The position numbers were made by a program, and so were the translations under genes. A stretch of DNA of 63,849 nt, counting the filler, from Octopus bimaculoides (Eukaryota): NCBI RefSeq assembly GCF_001194135.2. It is 5 parts of 5 records of this genome, joined end to end, with 100 filler letters (N's around TTAATTAATTAA, not from the genome) between each part and the next. Parts side by side here need not be neighbours in the genome. Positions count along the whole stretch, not along the records: positions 1 to 7,774 come from NC_069005.1; positions 7,875 to 9,797 come from NC_069006.1; positions 9,898 to 26,642 come from NC_068990.1; 2 more parts are not named here. One strand, 5' to 3'. The notes under the pieces were generated by a model. The model did no database searches. It saw only the letters and a list, made by a program, of their open reading frames with translations, and had not been told where the DNA came from. Shown piece after piece: positions 1 to 10,791 of the stretch; position 1 is the stretch's first letter; each line of letters begins with the position of its first letter.

Positions 1-1239
1 AATCTCACTGCTTTTTTTCTTTTAGTTTTTTTGTTTGTTGTTTTTTTTTAAATTGTTGGGTTTTTTTTTATATATATATTTTTTATTTACTCCTTGATAA
101 ACACTCGTGTTAAAAAAAATAAAAATGAAATTTAAATATTATTGTTCAAGTCACACAGATAAATAAATAAATAAATATCAGCCATAAAAAATATTCCAGG
201 TTCATTAAAAAAAAAAAGAAAAACAATTTAAAGAAAAAAAAAAATTCCAACATTCTATTGTGGTTACAATTGTTTTTTTGTTAAAAAAAAAAAATCAATA
301 CAAATGAAAAAAATCTAATTCCACACCAGTGATCCTATGCCACCACCCCACTTCTTCCAAACAACCCCTACCACACACACACAGGTCCACTATGAGCCTA
401 CAAGTTTAGGAGGGAAACTTTGTGCCAGTTTCCACAATATTTAAGCAACCAAGAGCTGTACCACAAGCCCTAGCACTTGTTCAATGGGACAGGATGCTAG
501 TCTGTCAAAGGGTTAACTCCCAGCTGCTGTTGCAGCTCCTGCTACACATTTTTTTTTGCTGCCGCTGAGTGGACTGAAGTAATATGAAGTGAAGTGCCTT
601 GCTCAAGGATACAATGCACTGACCAGTCTGAGAATCGATGCCGAGAACTTACAGCCACGGCTACAATAGCCTTACTCCAAGGCAATGTGCCTTCTCACAC
701 ACACACAAACACACATATATATATAATATACACACATATACGATATATATATTCAATGGTATATAGTATACATACATAAGTTACATATATAAACACATAC
801 ACAAACAAACACATTACAACTTTCATTTGACAAAATTTCAAATTTATCTGGAATTCCTATTTTGTATGGTAAAAATAAAATGAAATAAAAATGAATTAAA
901 TTAAATAAAAATTCAACCAATCCAAAAGTCCATGTATTTTAATTACTGGCCTTCCAAATTAGAATATAGCTGAGGGAGGTGGGCCACAGCAAGGATCATT
1001 GGTGCAAGGTAGACGATGCTCTTTCCTCCTTTTTCACCCCTGTGACCACCAAAAGCACAACTCGAAAACCTCAAATATCATATTTCCGAATTGTTGTTTT
1101 TTTTTTTTTGGCAAGTGATCTGATCTGGAACCACTGAGTGGCAAAAACAAAGAATTACATTATAAAAGAGCTGTTTTTAACCATTTACAAACACACAGAA
1201 TTTGTTGCAACCGCTTTGGGTTTATTTCTTGCTCTACTA

Positions 1240-1525
1240 TTAACCCATTACCTACCAGTGATCACTTAAAATTACAAATTTCGTAATTATCTGTCAATAT
1301 TTACACATATCTAACCTTTTTGCTATATCTACTAGGTATATTTCTCTGATATTCAAATGAGGTTTGCGAATTTTTCACCCAATATCTCACTTATTTCTAT
1401 TTAAAATGTTATTTTGAAATGTTATTTTGATCATTCCAGCGTGTTTCTAAGGCTGTTTTATGCTAGAAATCAAAGTTTCATAAAAAAAATTCCAGTTAAT
1501 AGAATTATGGGAGGTAATGGGTTAA
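1240..1525. mobile_element. piggyBac-type MITE (TTAA flanks)
   Basis: Perfect 14-bp terminal inverted match TTAACCCATTACCT / AGGTAATGGGTTAA, including TTAA at both ends. Confidence 0.75.
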
Positions 1526-1808
1526 GTAACATGGGCTCCAGCCCTCTGTTTTTATATTTCCATATTCCTGTTGAAATACACAGATTTCGTTTCAATTAAT
1601 TTTGAAAATTACGATGAATTCAGTAAACCTTGTTGTTACTGAGCTGGTGTTCGGAACATAAATTAACATGAAATTTTAATTAAGATTTTAATTTAGTTCA
1701 TTTTACAGCAGGGACTTTGTATCATAGAACCAAGGGTAGTGGTCTCATATGAGTTTACGTAAAAAGGGTTAACCTTTTTGGTATCCTAGTTCTGTAGAAG
1801 AACTTTGT

Positions 1809-1993
1809 TTAACCCTTTAACATTGAAACCGGTCTCAACCAGCCCAAAATTCTACCTATTTTATGTTCAAACTAGCTAGATCCAGCCTCTTACAGCTATT
1901 CTATGAAGTCATTCTAAAAAATATTATCACATCATTGAAGTCTCAAAGCTAGGATAATTTCAAAACAGGGTAATCTGAACAATAAAGGGTTAA
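1809..1993. mobile_element. piggyBac-type MITE (TTAACCCTTTA...TAAAGGGTTAA)
   Basis: 11-bp inverted termini with TTAA flanks. Related AT-rich MITE halves lie at about 1590-1775 and 1995-2160. Confidence 0.7.
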
Positions 1994-2244
1994 ATTAATT
2001 TGGGAAAATTTTGAAGAATTTGGTAAAAATAACTGACGTTATTAAAACTGGTGTTTGGAACATAAATTAATGCATGATTCCAATGGAAGGTTTTATTTAG
2101 ATCACTTTAAAACAGGGATTTTGTATCATAGAATCAGAGCAAGTCTCAGGTATGCTGGGGTCAAAAAAATGTTAAGATATTGAGTTCAAGGTCATAAGGT
2201 TGTATGTTCAATTCTTGGAGCAGGCGCCACATTATGTCCCAGAA

Positions 2245-2940
2245 AAGACCCCCCTTCGGTCATGAATGGCCATGTAATTGCACCTAGAAAGTTACCCTCC
2301 AAAGCACAAGTCTTCCATAGGTTGTTTTATGGAAGACCAGCAGTCGCCCATGCATACCAGCCTCCACTCTCCACATCACTGATGTTATCCAAAGGAACGG
2401 CAAAGGGGTCGATACAGCTTGGCACCAGTGACATCGCAACTCATTTCTACAGATGAGTGAACTGGAGCCACGTGAAATAAAGTGTCTTGCTCAAGAACAA
2501 ACACAGTCTGGTTCAGGAATTGAACTCACTACCTGATGTTTGTGAACTTGATGCTCTAACCACTGAGACATGCACCTTGAATATGTAAAAAGGGTAAAGG
2601 GTAAAGACCCCCTTCAGTCATGAATGACCCTGGGACTGCACCTAGAAAGTTCCCCTCCGAGGCACAAGTCCAGGCATATTTGTTTATGGAAGACCAGCAG
2701 TCACCCATGCATTCCAGTGTCCCCTCTCTATGCCACCGATGTTATCCAAGGGAAAGGCAAAGGGGCCAATACAGCTTGGCACCAGTGATGTCACAACTCA
2801 TTTCTACAGTTGAGTGAACTGGAGCCATGTGAAAATAAAGTGTTTTGCTCAAGAAATCAACACAGTCCAGTCCGGGAATCAAACTCACAACTTCACAATT
2901 GTAAGCCTGATAGCCTAACCACTGAGCCATATGCCTTCAT
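2245..2940 (-). mobile_element. Two tandem copies of a tRNA-derived SINE with CORE/Meta-like middle (about 2245-2580 and 2600-2940)
   Basis: Two ~340-nt similar units. Minus-strand tRNA-like head with A/B boxes (ggctcagtggttag...gtttgattcc) followed by gagcaaaacac...gctccagttcactca. A further degenerate copy lies at about 480-680. Confidence 0.75.
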
Positions 2941-3906
2941 GTCCCAGAGCACAGGTACATCATTTCACACTGCTCCAGTCTACTTAGCGGAAAATAAGCA
3001 ACAGCCAACTGCTAAAGCCCTCTCTCTTTCCCCAGCTGTCACACCATTGATGTGGTGCTGGGTTACGCAACGTGTGAGAGGGCCAAGAGGGTGCCTACGT
3101 CTGCCTGTGACTAGACAAGCACTTAAAACAATTAGTGAAAGCATGGTATATACTACCAAGTCTTACTTGCTTGTGAGTGATGGCCATGTTCGGTTATTGT
3201 CCATTATGAAATGAGAGAATGAAAAGCAGTTTCGTTGCACTTTGGTGACATCACCACCGAGGCAATTCCATTCCAACATCAAGTGAAAATCAATCTCTTA
3301 CTCTCTGTCAGGTGGCGCTTTGATAGACGTAGTGGAACTACAACAGCGAACAGATCAAAGAGGAGCAACGAAACTTTTCCACACTTCATAATAGACAGCA
3401 CGCTTAAGAGACAGATGAAAATAGAATGTCAACAGATCCCGTGCCTTTTGAAATGGTTAGAACGACTCTATGATACAGTTTGCTATACATGCATGTATAA
3501 CCATATATACACACACACATACATACATACAAGATGTTTCAATCACTGGCCTGTGGCCATGCTGGAACCACCTCCATCAAGGGGGTTCTAGTCAGTGCTA
3601 TCAACCCCCCCTAATATTTTGTATCACCTTAGAACTGAGGAAAACATGCAAAGATGTCCTGGGCAGGATTTGAACTAAGGCACACACACAGACACACACA
3701 CATACATACATGCACACACACAACACATACATATTCATGCATCCATGTATGTGTATAAATCTATCTCTACACTCATATTCATTTACGCACACAATTATAT
3801 ATATATATATATACATATACACATATATATATATATATACGCACACACACACATATATACTGTTTAAATGCTACAGACCAACCCACAAACTTTGTTTTGG
3901 TGTGGC

Positions 3907-3912
3907 TTTATT
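3907..3912 (-). promoter_or_regulatory. Candidate polyadenylation signal (AATAAA) for the LRR-Ig gene
   Basis: AATAAA on the minus strand about 170 nt after the stop codon. The flanks are AT-rich, so a chance occurrence is possible. Confidence 0.3.
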
Positions 3913-4079
3913 TTAAGTTTTAGTTTTCAAATTTAAAATTTATTAGTATTATTATAATTATTATTTTTCATTTTGCTATTTCCTTGTCATGCTACGTGTC
4001 ACCGCAGACATTTAGAACGGAAATTTAAAAAAAAAAAAAACTTTAAAAAAAAAACCAAAATTTTTTTTTGTTAAAAAAA

Positions 4080-6068
4080 TCACACGTAGGTATAGGATTT
4101 AATGATTTCTGTTCTTCTCTGAGTGTCGACATCGGTGGAAACGGATATCGTCGAAACTGTATGGGAGCCCATTTCTCCGGTACCGCAAAGTTCCTTGATG
4201 GATTGCACATGGTATTTCACTTGCTCGACTCCTAACACAACCCCAGCCCGCACACGATTGGCAGCGTAGCTGCTGGACTCTCTTAAAGATTGTACATAAT
4301 GGCTACCAGTGTCCTTAATTGAATGCATGTACTGGCTGCTTGTATCACGAATGGTTTGAACGTGGCACCGCATCTTCAACATTCTTCTTTCAACTCCGTC
4401 CATCAAACGAGCTCTCACTTCATCAAGGGTCTCCCGGATGTTCGTGTCCGGAGACACCTTATCGTAGTAGTCTTCATAATCGGTCACAGGTGTGGTACAC
4501 TTGAGAGGGGAGGCCCCTGGAGAATGGTCAAGGTATGGTATGGAACCAAATGAAGAAAAATCCGAATTGGTGCAGTTACTGATCTTTTCGATTTCTGTAG
4601 AAGAATTGATTTCGACTGGTTGAATTTCTGGATCTTGGTCCGAGACTTTGAAATTCTTTTTGCGCTTGTTTATTACGTGTACGAGGATACGGATCGACCC
4701 AAACAAGATCCCCAGCAAAAGGAAAGAAAGGGATGCACCAAGACTGACAACAAGACTCATAGTGTAGACTGACGGAATTAGGGAGTAAACCTTTAAAACT
4801 AGTGTTGCTGAATTGTTCCCTAAGGGGTTAATTGCTAAACAACGGAACCGACCACCAAAATAGCCACGTAAATTCTGGATAAATAGCGACCCGTTATTCG
4901 ATATGTAAATGTCGGAACTGTATTTAGAATCTAAATAAGTGTGCTTCATGAGAAACGGCTGTGATATCGAAGTCAATAGATGCAGATGCATATCATGTGC
5001 AAACAGGTCACCCCAGGGTGTTACCCAGACAATGCTGGGTCTGGGAGAACCTGTAGCATTGCAATCTAAGCGGATATTTTGATGACTAACTATAGACATG
5101 TTGGCACTCACAAAGTCCAGATGTGGTCCTTCACATAAAACATCAGTGTAATTCAAAAGCAACACCTGGTCCCCTGCTAGTGAAGGCGGAGAATGACATG
5201 TAAGGTTCTGAAAATTATAGAAAAGTTCAGGATTGTTGTTATAAGCAACCAAAAACTCTTGCACAACACAAGAACAATCGATCGGGTTCCCTTCCAGTGA
5301 TACCTGATGCAGATTGCTAAACGACAATAGCAAATCTTCATGGAATGTCTGAAGCAAGTTGTGGCGCAGGTCGACCATTTTTAGAATACTGTTGTTCATG
5401 AGTGTGAAAGGCGGTATGTAGGTTAAGTAGTTGTAGGACAAATCCAACATTTCTAAATTTTCTAAAGGTTTGAATATGGAATTTGGTAATACTGGAAGAA
5501 AATTATTGTGTAAGTCAAGATATTCCAAATGAACCAAATGAGAAAATACACCTGTCGGCAGTGCTGCTAGCTTATTGTTGCTTAAGTCTAAAGAGACGAG
5601 ATTGTTTAAAGATAAAAAGGCATCCTGAGATATGTTTGTGATGTTGTTCCTGCTGAGGTTTAGGTATGCTAAACTGGTGAGGCCGTCAAAAGACTCTGAA
5701 GAGATGCCAGTCAATTCGTTGAAACTCAAATCGAGATTGAAGACGTTGGCCGGTAAGAGAGACTGAGCTGAAAATTCTTCCAGACGTCCATTAATGGTGA
5801 TGTTGCGAACATACGGCGGCACATTTTCAAGTTTGTCGATACCAAAGCAAGTCAAAGAAAGGCTGTCATTGCAGTTGCAACCAACTTGGCAGCACGTGAC
5901 CTCCACCACAGATGTAAAAGCCAACAGGAGAATAATAATAATAATCAACTGGTAAACCGGAGAGACAGCGTGAAGAATCATTTTTTCAGCAATCTGCATC
6001 TGACTGAAACAGGAAACAAATACATCGTTAGACAACGAGATTGCAATTAGCAAACACTGACAATTCAT
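4080..6068 (-). CDS. LRR + Ig-domain single-pass membrane protein (LRRN/LINGO/IGLR-like architecture), single coding exon; true start probably ATG at 5999 or 5981
   Basis: 662-aa ORF. Hydrophobic signal segment, LRRNT (CQVGCNC..LTC), six full LxxLxLxxNxL repeats, LRRCT (GNPIDCSC...LTCHSP), one Ig domain (LDCNATGSPRPSIVW...GRFRCLAINPLG), TM helix followed by NKRKK, and C-terminal TYV. A splice acceptor (tttcctgtttcag, AG at 6005-6004) lies just upstream of the ATG at 5999. Confidence 0.93.
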   Translation of the reverse strand: MNCQCLLIAISLSNDVFVSCFSQMQIAEKMILHAVSPVYQLIIIIILLLAFTSVVEVTCCQVGCNCNDSLSLTCFGIDKLENVPPYVRNITINGRLEEFSAQSLLPANVFNLDLSFNELTGISSESFDGLTSLAYLNLSRNNITNISQDAFLSLNNLVSLDLSNNKLAALPTGVFSHLVHLEYLDLHNNFLPVLPNSIFKPLENLEMLDLSYNYLTYIPPFTLMNNSILKMVDLRHNLLQTFHEDLLLSFSNLHQVSLEGNPIDCSCVVQEFLVAYNNNPELFYNFQNLTCHSPPSLAGDQVLLLNYTDVLCEGPHLDFVSANMSIVSHQNIRLDCNATGSPRPSIVWVTPWGDLFAHDMHLHLLTSISQPFLMKHTYLDSKYSSDIYISNNGSLFIQNLRGYFGGRFRCLAINPLGNNSATLVLKVYSLIPSVYTMSLVVSLGASLSFLLLGILFGSIRILVHVINKRKKNFKVSDQDPEIQPVEINSSTEIEKISNCTNSDFSSFGSIPYLDHSPGASPLKCTTPVTDYEDYYDKVSPDTNIRETLDEVRARLMDGVERRMLKMRCHVQTIRDTSSQYMHSIKDTGSHYVQSLRESSSYAANRVRAGVVLGVEQVKYHVQSIKELCGTGEMGSHTVSTISVSTDVDTQRRTEIIKSYTYV

Positions 6069-6360
6069 TAGATAATTAAAATCAATCGATACTCTTCACA
6101 CTGATGCTGTCATACAGATTGGTTTCCTTTTCTTACTTCCAAATGTCATTTCCAAACAAGGCTCAGGTATTCAGGGTGTGAAGGAGAAACTCTTTCTTTT
6201 TTTTTTTAAGAGGGACAGCAGAACTCCTGACCCTTTACAGGGTCTCAGAGACAGATGGAGAGTGAGGGAGGGGTTCCTAGAAGTGGAGACCTGCTTTGAA
6301 TGCTTGCAAAAGCGGGGTCACTGGAAGGTATACAAGGTGCCGAGTGGTGGTGTGAAACTG

Positions 6361-6435
6361 GGTGATGGATTAAGAACTGGGTGATGGGTCAACATCGGGG
6401 TGATGGATTAAGAACTGAGTGATGGATCAACATCA
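6361..6435. repeat. Short direct repeat, two ~36-38 nt copies of ggtgatggattaagaactg(g/a)gtgatgg(g/a)tcaacatc
   Basis: Read directly from the sequence. Confidence 0.8.
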
Positions 6436-6544
6436 CCATCCAACTAGGGTCTCTAACAGGATTTGAATTCAGAATGCAAAAAGACAAATTGAATACAAGG
6501 TACTTGGTCCTCCATTCTTATAGTTCAATCAACCCATTAGCTTG

Positions 6545-6703
6545 GATTTATAGCTGTGAGGTAAGGAGCCTGCTTCCCAACTAGATGGTTCTGGGTTCAG
6601 TCCCTGTGTGTGGCACCTTGGGCAAATGTCTTCTACTATAGCCTCAAGCTGACCAAAGGCTTGTGAGTGAATTTGGTACAAGGAAACTGAAAGAAGCCCA
6701 TCG

Positions 6704-6734
<31 letters not shown>

Positions 6735-6930
6735 ATCTTTGTGTTTGTGTCCCCCACTACTGCTTGACAACCAGTGTTAGTGTTTTTATGTCCCTGTGAC
6801 TTAGCAGTTTGGCAAAAGCTGCCAAGAGAATAATTACTAGGCTTTAAAAAAACAAGTACCAAGGTTGATTCATTCGACTAAGAATTTTTCAAGGTGGTGC
6901 CCCAGCATGGCCATAGTCTAACGCCTAAAG
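6545..6930 (+). mobile_element. tRNA-derived SINE family A (octopus OR-type-like, with internal CA/TA microsatellite)
   Basis: Head gctgtgaggtaaggagcctgcttcccaac...ggttcagtccc, body ggcaccttgggcaa...gaaactgaaagaagccc, tail cagcatggcc. Other copies at about 8050-8210(-), 12195-12675(-), 15725-15845(+), 16730-17075(-), 26235-26642(+), 29265-29430(-), 31515-31860(-), 33615-33730(-), 51320-51420(-), 51900-52285(-), 55140-55350(-), 55470-55890(-). Confidence 0.8.
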
Positions 6931-7495
6931 TAAAAAAAGAACATCAGAAGAACGGAATGCAAAGTGGACTTTGACTGGATTTGAACCCAAACTGATTCTG
7001 GTTCATGATTTGAAAAAAAGCATTGCTGCACAATTCACAAGTAGTTTACAAACACAGAGAACCACAAAGAACAAAGCTAATGGCCAAATTAATAGCAACG
7101 CCAACATTTACACACATTATAAGCTTGAAAGCCTCTACATAACGTACGTGTGTGTCTATGTGTGTGTGTGTGTGTGTAGAAAGGAGAGAGAGAGAGAACC
7201 AAACAGAAGCACCAAGTAGTTAAAGAAGGAGACAATAGCTCAACTAATTACTTTAGGAGTGAGAAGCAGTCAGAGCTCACTCACTTGTGTCAGTCTGTCT
7301 TTTATTCTCTCTTTCTTTCTCTCTCTGTCCATCTCAGCTTTTCTCTTTCACAATCACATCCTGACTACTAAACTTCTACCTCCGATAAACACACGTGGTG
7401 CTTATCCTTATCCTCATACAACAGCAGTTAAGTACCAACTGCTAAGAGTACCATAAATTCCAGAAAACATATTCAATTTGTTTTAATTATATTTA

Positions 7496-7541
<46 letters not shown>

Positions 7542-7773
7542 TGTGTGTTGTAGGCTGAGTCCATGCTTGTTCTAGTTTGACCTTCCAGGGTCAAAAACAG
7601 ACTACCAAGTCAAGAGCCAGGGTCAATGCTATCAACCCCATCCACCTCAAAACTGATAGCTTTGCACCGAAACCAGAAACCCTTATTATCATCATCTTGT
7701 GTTGTCATTTACGTTTGTCATGTCCTTTAAAATATCTTACATATTAGCCCCTGTGGCCAATAAAAGAATGAAT

Positions 7774-7874
7774 TNNNNNNNNNNNNNNNNNNNNNNNNNN
7801 NNNNNNNNNNNNNNNNNNTTAATTAATTAANNNNNNNNNNNNNNNNNNNNNNNNNNNNNNNNNNNNNNNNNNNN
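7774..7874. other. Assembly placeholder gap with TTAATTAATTAA marker (also about 9778-9897, 26643-26742, 57082-57181)
   Basis: An identical 12-mer with stops in all frames sits centred in N runs: a scaffolding artefact, so the true gap size is unknown. Confidence 0.9.
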
Positions 7875-7960
7875 GCACCGGGTACATCTTCTAGAGTTAC
7901 TACCTACTCCTTTTCTACATACTGAGCAGGGCCATCTACCTGAAGGGGTTTGTGTTTTAT
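7875..7960 (-). mobile_element. RTE-like LINE fragment (Cys-rich motif)
   Basis: Translation KVDKTQTPSGRWPCSVCRKGVGSNSRRCTRC resembles the CxxC...CxxC motif of RTE-clade LINE ORFs. Truncated by a gap. Confidence 0.55.
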
Positions 7961-7978
7961 CTACCTTCCTACTTATTA

Positions 7979-8025
<47 letters not shown>

Positions 8026-8379
8026 TTTACACACACACACATATATATATATATACGACGGGCTTCTTTCAGTTTCCATCTACCAAATCCACTCACAAGG
8101 CTTAGGTCGGCCTGAGACTATAGTAGAAGACATTTACCCAAGGTGCCACGCATTGGGACTGAACCCACAACCATGTTGCTGGAAAGCAAGCTGGTTACTA
8201 CACAGCCATATATATATACTATCATCATCATACATATACATCCATACAGATACACACATATACACATGCACAGACATACACACACACTTTGACATTACAT
8301 ATACAGATTACATTAATTTAAAAAAAACAACTGTAAAATATAAATGAAACATAAAAAGAAAAAAAAAGGGTCAACTAAC

Positions 8380-8528
8380 AAGAAATGAGAAAGACTGATG
8401 CGAGTCGATTTCTGCGGACCAGGTAAGTGGCATTCCTGACAAATGAATTGTCTGGATTCTTCTGCGAGTCAACTTCTACACCAAAAGCTGTTGTAGCAAT
8501 GACATCCATTGTAAAGCAACCAAACAGA
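8380..8528 (-). CDS. Cytochrome P450 clan 3 internal exon, equivalent to CYP3A exon 7 (E helix)
   Basis: tttccattccag acceptor and gttagt donor. 149 nt, phase 2 to 1, in frame with the previous exon: LFGCFTMDVIATTAFGVEVDSQKNPDNSFVRNATYLVRRNRLASVFLIS, matching the clan-3 motif F..YSMDVI.ST.FGV..DS..NP..PFV. Confidence 0.92.
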
Positions 8529-8736
8529 CTGGAATGGAAAGGACGAAAAATAAAATTTGTGGTTAAATTAATAACGAGTAAGGTTGATATTTATAATGAA
8601 TTTGCCATTTTAGGATGGGTGTGCAGCACCCACCCAGCATACCCGGACTATATGCCCCTTGGACATTACTGGTAGGAAGCAGTAGCAAGAGCAACAACAA
8701 CAAAAAGAAGGTAGGTCACCAAATGCCTGTACTCAC

Positions 8737-8825
8737 CGGTTCACATCCATATCTTCCCCTGTTTTTTCAAACTTGTCGCAGGTTTTCTCCAAATTATCAG
8801 CTGCTGCCCTTACGAGTGGTTGCAT
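8737..8825 (-). CDS. Cytochrome P450 clan 3 (CYP3A/thromboxane-synthase-like) internal exon, equivalent to CYP3A exon 6
   Basis: Polypyrimidine tract + aag acceptor and gtgagt donor. 89 nt, phase 0 to 2, MQPLVRAAADNLEKTCDKFEKTGEDMDVN(R), aligning with CYP3A4 [30 protein letters not shown]. Confidence 0.88.
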
Positions 8826-9249
8826 CTTGATTTCACAAAGGAAGAGAAAAGAATGGAAAAAGAGAGAGAGAGAGAAGGAGAGGGAGATTACAATCAAATT
8901 ACATCACATTTAATGTAGTGCTACTATAGGGTGTCCACAAAGTCTGGCTACATGGGGATTAACACATACTTTCAGAAATTATTATTTCTTATATTTAACT
9001 GTTTATGTTATGATTTTATTTACTCCATGTACCCAGACTTTGTGGACACCCTGTATATCAAACGTGTTTGTGTGTGTTGTTGTGTGGAAAATGCAAGCAC
9101 AAATCTGCCCTGCCTGGCGTCGATGCACCAACAGAGGTGCCACTTCATATGAATAGGATCACAGGAATGCAAAGAAAACATGAGTTGTGCAGGTCCAGAA
9201 TCGAATCCATGCCTTCATTCCCAACAGACTACTGGCACCTGACCTGTGG

Positions 9250-9625
9250 CAGAAACTTATGAGCATGCATTGGCCCGATCAACCACAGACAGGTGCACCA
9301 TGATCCATTTGCTTCTCCCATGTGATGTCCTGGCCATTATTGACAACCAGAGATGACCATTATTATGGCCCAGTCATAACATCCAATCCATGGCATGGGT
9401 TGGATGTTATGACTGGACTGGCACGCTGGAAGTCTGCACCAGACTCCAGTCTGATTTGGCATGGTTTTCTACAGCTGGATTCCCTTCCTAATGCCAACCA
9501 CTCTGAGAGTGTAATGGGTGCTTTTACGTGTCACCAACATGGATGCCATTTGCATGACACCGGTCTCTGCCACGACTGCGATTTTGCTCAGCTTGATAGG
9601 TCTTCTTCTCAAGCATGACATAATG
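9250..9625. mobile_element. LINE/SINE 3'-tail-type repeat
   Basis: Contains ggcacgctggaagtctgcacca...ggattcccttcctaatgccaacc, a tail motif typical of RTE-related repeats. Recognised by eye only. Confidence 0.45.
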
Positions 9626-9736
9626 CCAAAGGCCTCGGTCATTGACTCTGTGAGGCCCAACACTCAAAAGGAACTCAGCCACTTTGCCTCTATGAGGCCC
9701 AACGCTTGAGAGGATCTCAGCCACTTTGCCTGTATG

Positions 9737-9773
<37 letters not shown>

Positions 9774-10024
9774 ATATAGGATAAATTCTTTATAAGANNN
9801 NNNNNNNNNNNNNNNNNNNNNNNNNNNNNNNNNNNNNNNNNTTAATTAATTAANNNNNNNNNNNNNNNNNNNNNNNNNNNNNNNNNNNNNNNNNNNNGAA
9901 GAAGATGGTGAAAGTGAGTGATAAGTTAACTTTGGACTCCAACAACTCCTTTCCCATGCAAGAAGAGCATTTTATTTTTGGAGGCGTGCGAGTTCCTTTA
10001 TTGATAGAATATAATATCATTGGA

Positions 10025-10285
10025 AAGCGCGTGGCCTAGTGGTTAGAGTGTTGTACTCACGTTTGCCAGACCGTGGGTTTGATTCCCGAGCCAGGCGGCG
10101 CGTTGTGTTCATGTGCAAAACACTTCATTTCACGTTGTTCCAGTTCACTCAGCTGCAAATGGATAACCCTGTGATAAACTCGCTTTCTGATGAGAAGGAA
10201 TGTTGGCCTGCTCACCTAGCTAGTGAGATGGCATCATTCGAAAGCTAAAACGATGCAAAGTGCACTGTGACCAGCGATGTATCTG
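10025..10285 (+). mobile_element. tRNA-derived SINE family B (CORE/Meta-like)
   Basis: A box tggcctagtgg and B box ggtttgattcc. A homologous copy lies at 28652-28885(+) and a head-only copy at 11005-11082(-). Confidence 0.75.
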
Positions 10286-10559
10286 CGGCCCGCCTGAGAA
10301 ATGCGTCCCGGGAGGTTGCGGGTAGCTGTTGCAGCGAATGTCGCTGGCCGTTCACCACGGCAACGCTTTTGCAATCATTTCGATACCGTGATCACGTGAT
10401 AATATTACTGAATAATTCAAATCTAGTTGGATTCGTAGGATTGCAAAATCAATCATTGGTGAAAGACATCTGAATAGAAGAACTGCTCAAAATTTATAGA
10501 AAATCCATTGAAAATTTACAGAAAATTTAAAGGTATACTGTTGAGTCAAAGACTTGCTG

Positions 10560-10791
10560 TATTGGGTTGTCTGGAGAGTCCGTACCGATTTTTAAAGGAA
10601 AGAAAAAGGTCAATAAATACTTGCCATTACATTTTTAATCAAACAAATATGAACCATTTTGTTTCACAATGCGTCTCTATCTTTCCTTTAATTTGAAAAT
10701 ATCCTCTTCCCAGAATTGAAGTGGTTTCATGGCAAATAAGTCGAAAGGTAAGCTACTATAAATCGGCACGAACTTTCCGGACAACCCAATA
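10560..10791. mobile_element. mariner-derived MITE (about 232 bp)
   Basis: Imperfect ~32-bp TIRs TATTGGGTTGTCTGGAGAGTCCGTACCGATTT / AAATCGGCACGAACTTTCCGGACAACCCAATA with TA ends. Similar to the termini of the mariner at 21545. Confidence 0.8.

Noticed and set aside
4319-4553. Plus-strand ORFs overlapping the LRR-Ig gene
   Set aside because: Antisense shadows of the real CDS with no independent signal.
7819-7830. Recurring TTAATTAATTAA motif
   Set aside because: Always centred in N runs: an assembly gap marker, not biology.
5999-8380. In-frame P450-LRR fusion transcript
   Set aside because: Exon 7 ends in phase 1; both nearby acceptors (6003, 5999) put the LRR exon out of frame with early stops.
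10714-10747. Apparent mini-exon encoding an SH2-like WFHG(K)ISR motif between cccag and gtaagc
   Set aside because: Needs a frameshift (reads WFHGK*) and lies inside the mariner-derived MITE 10560-10791.
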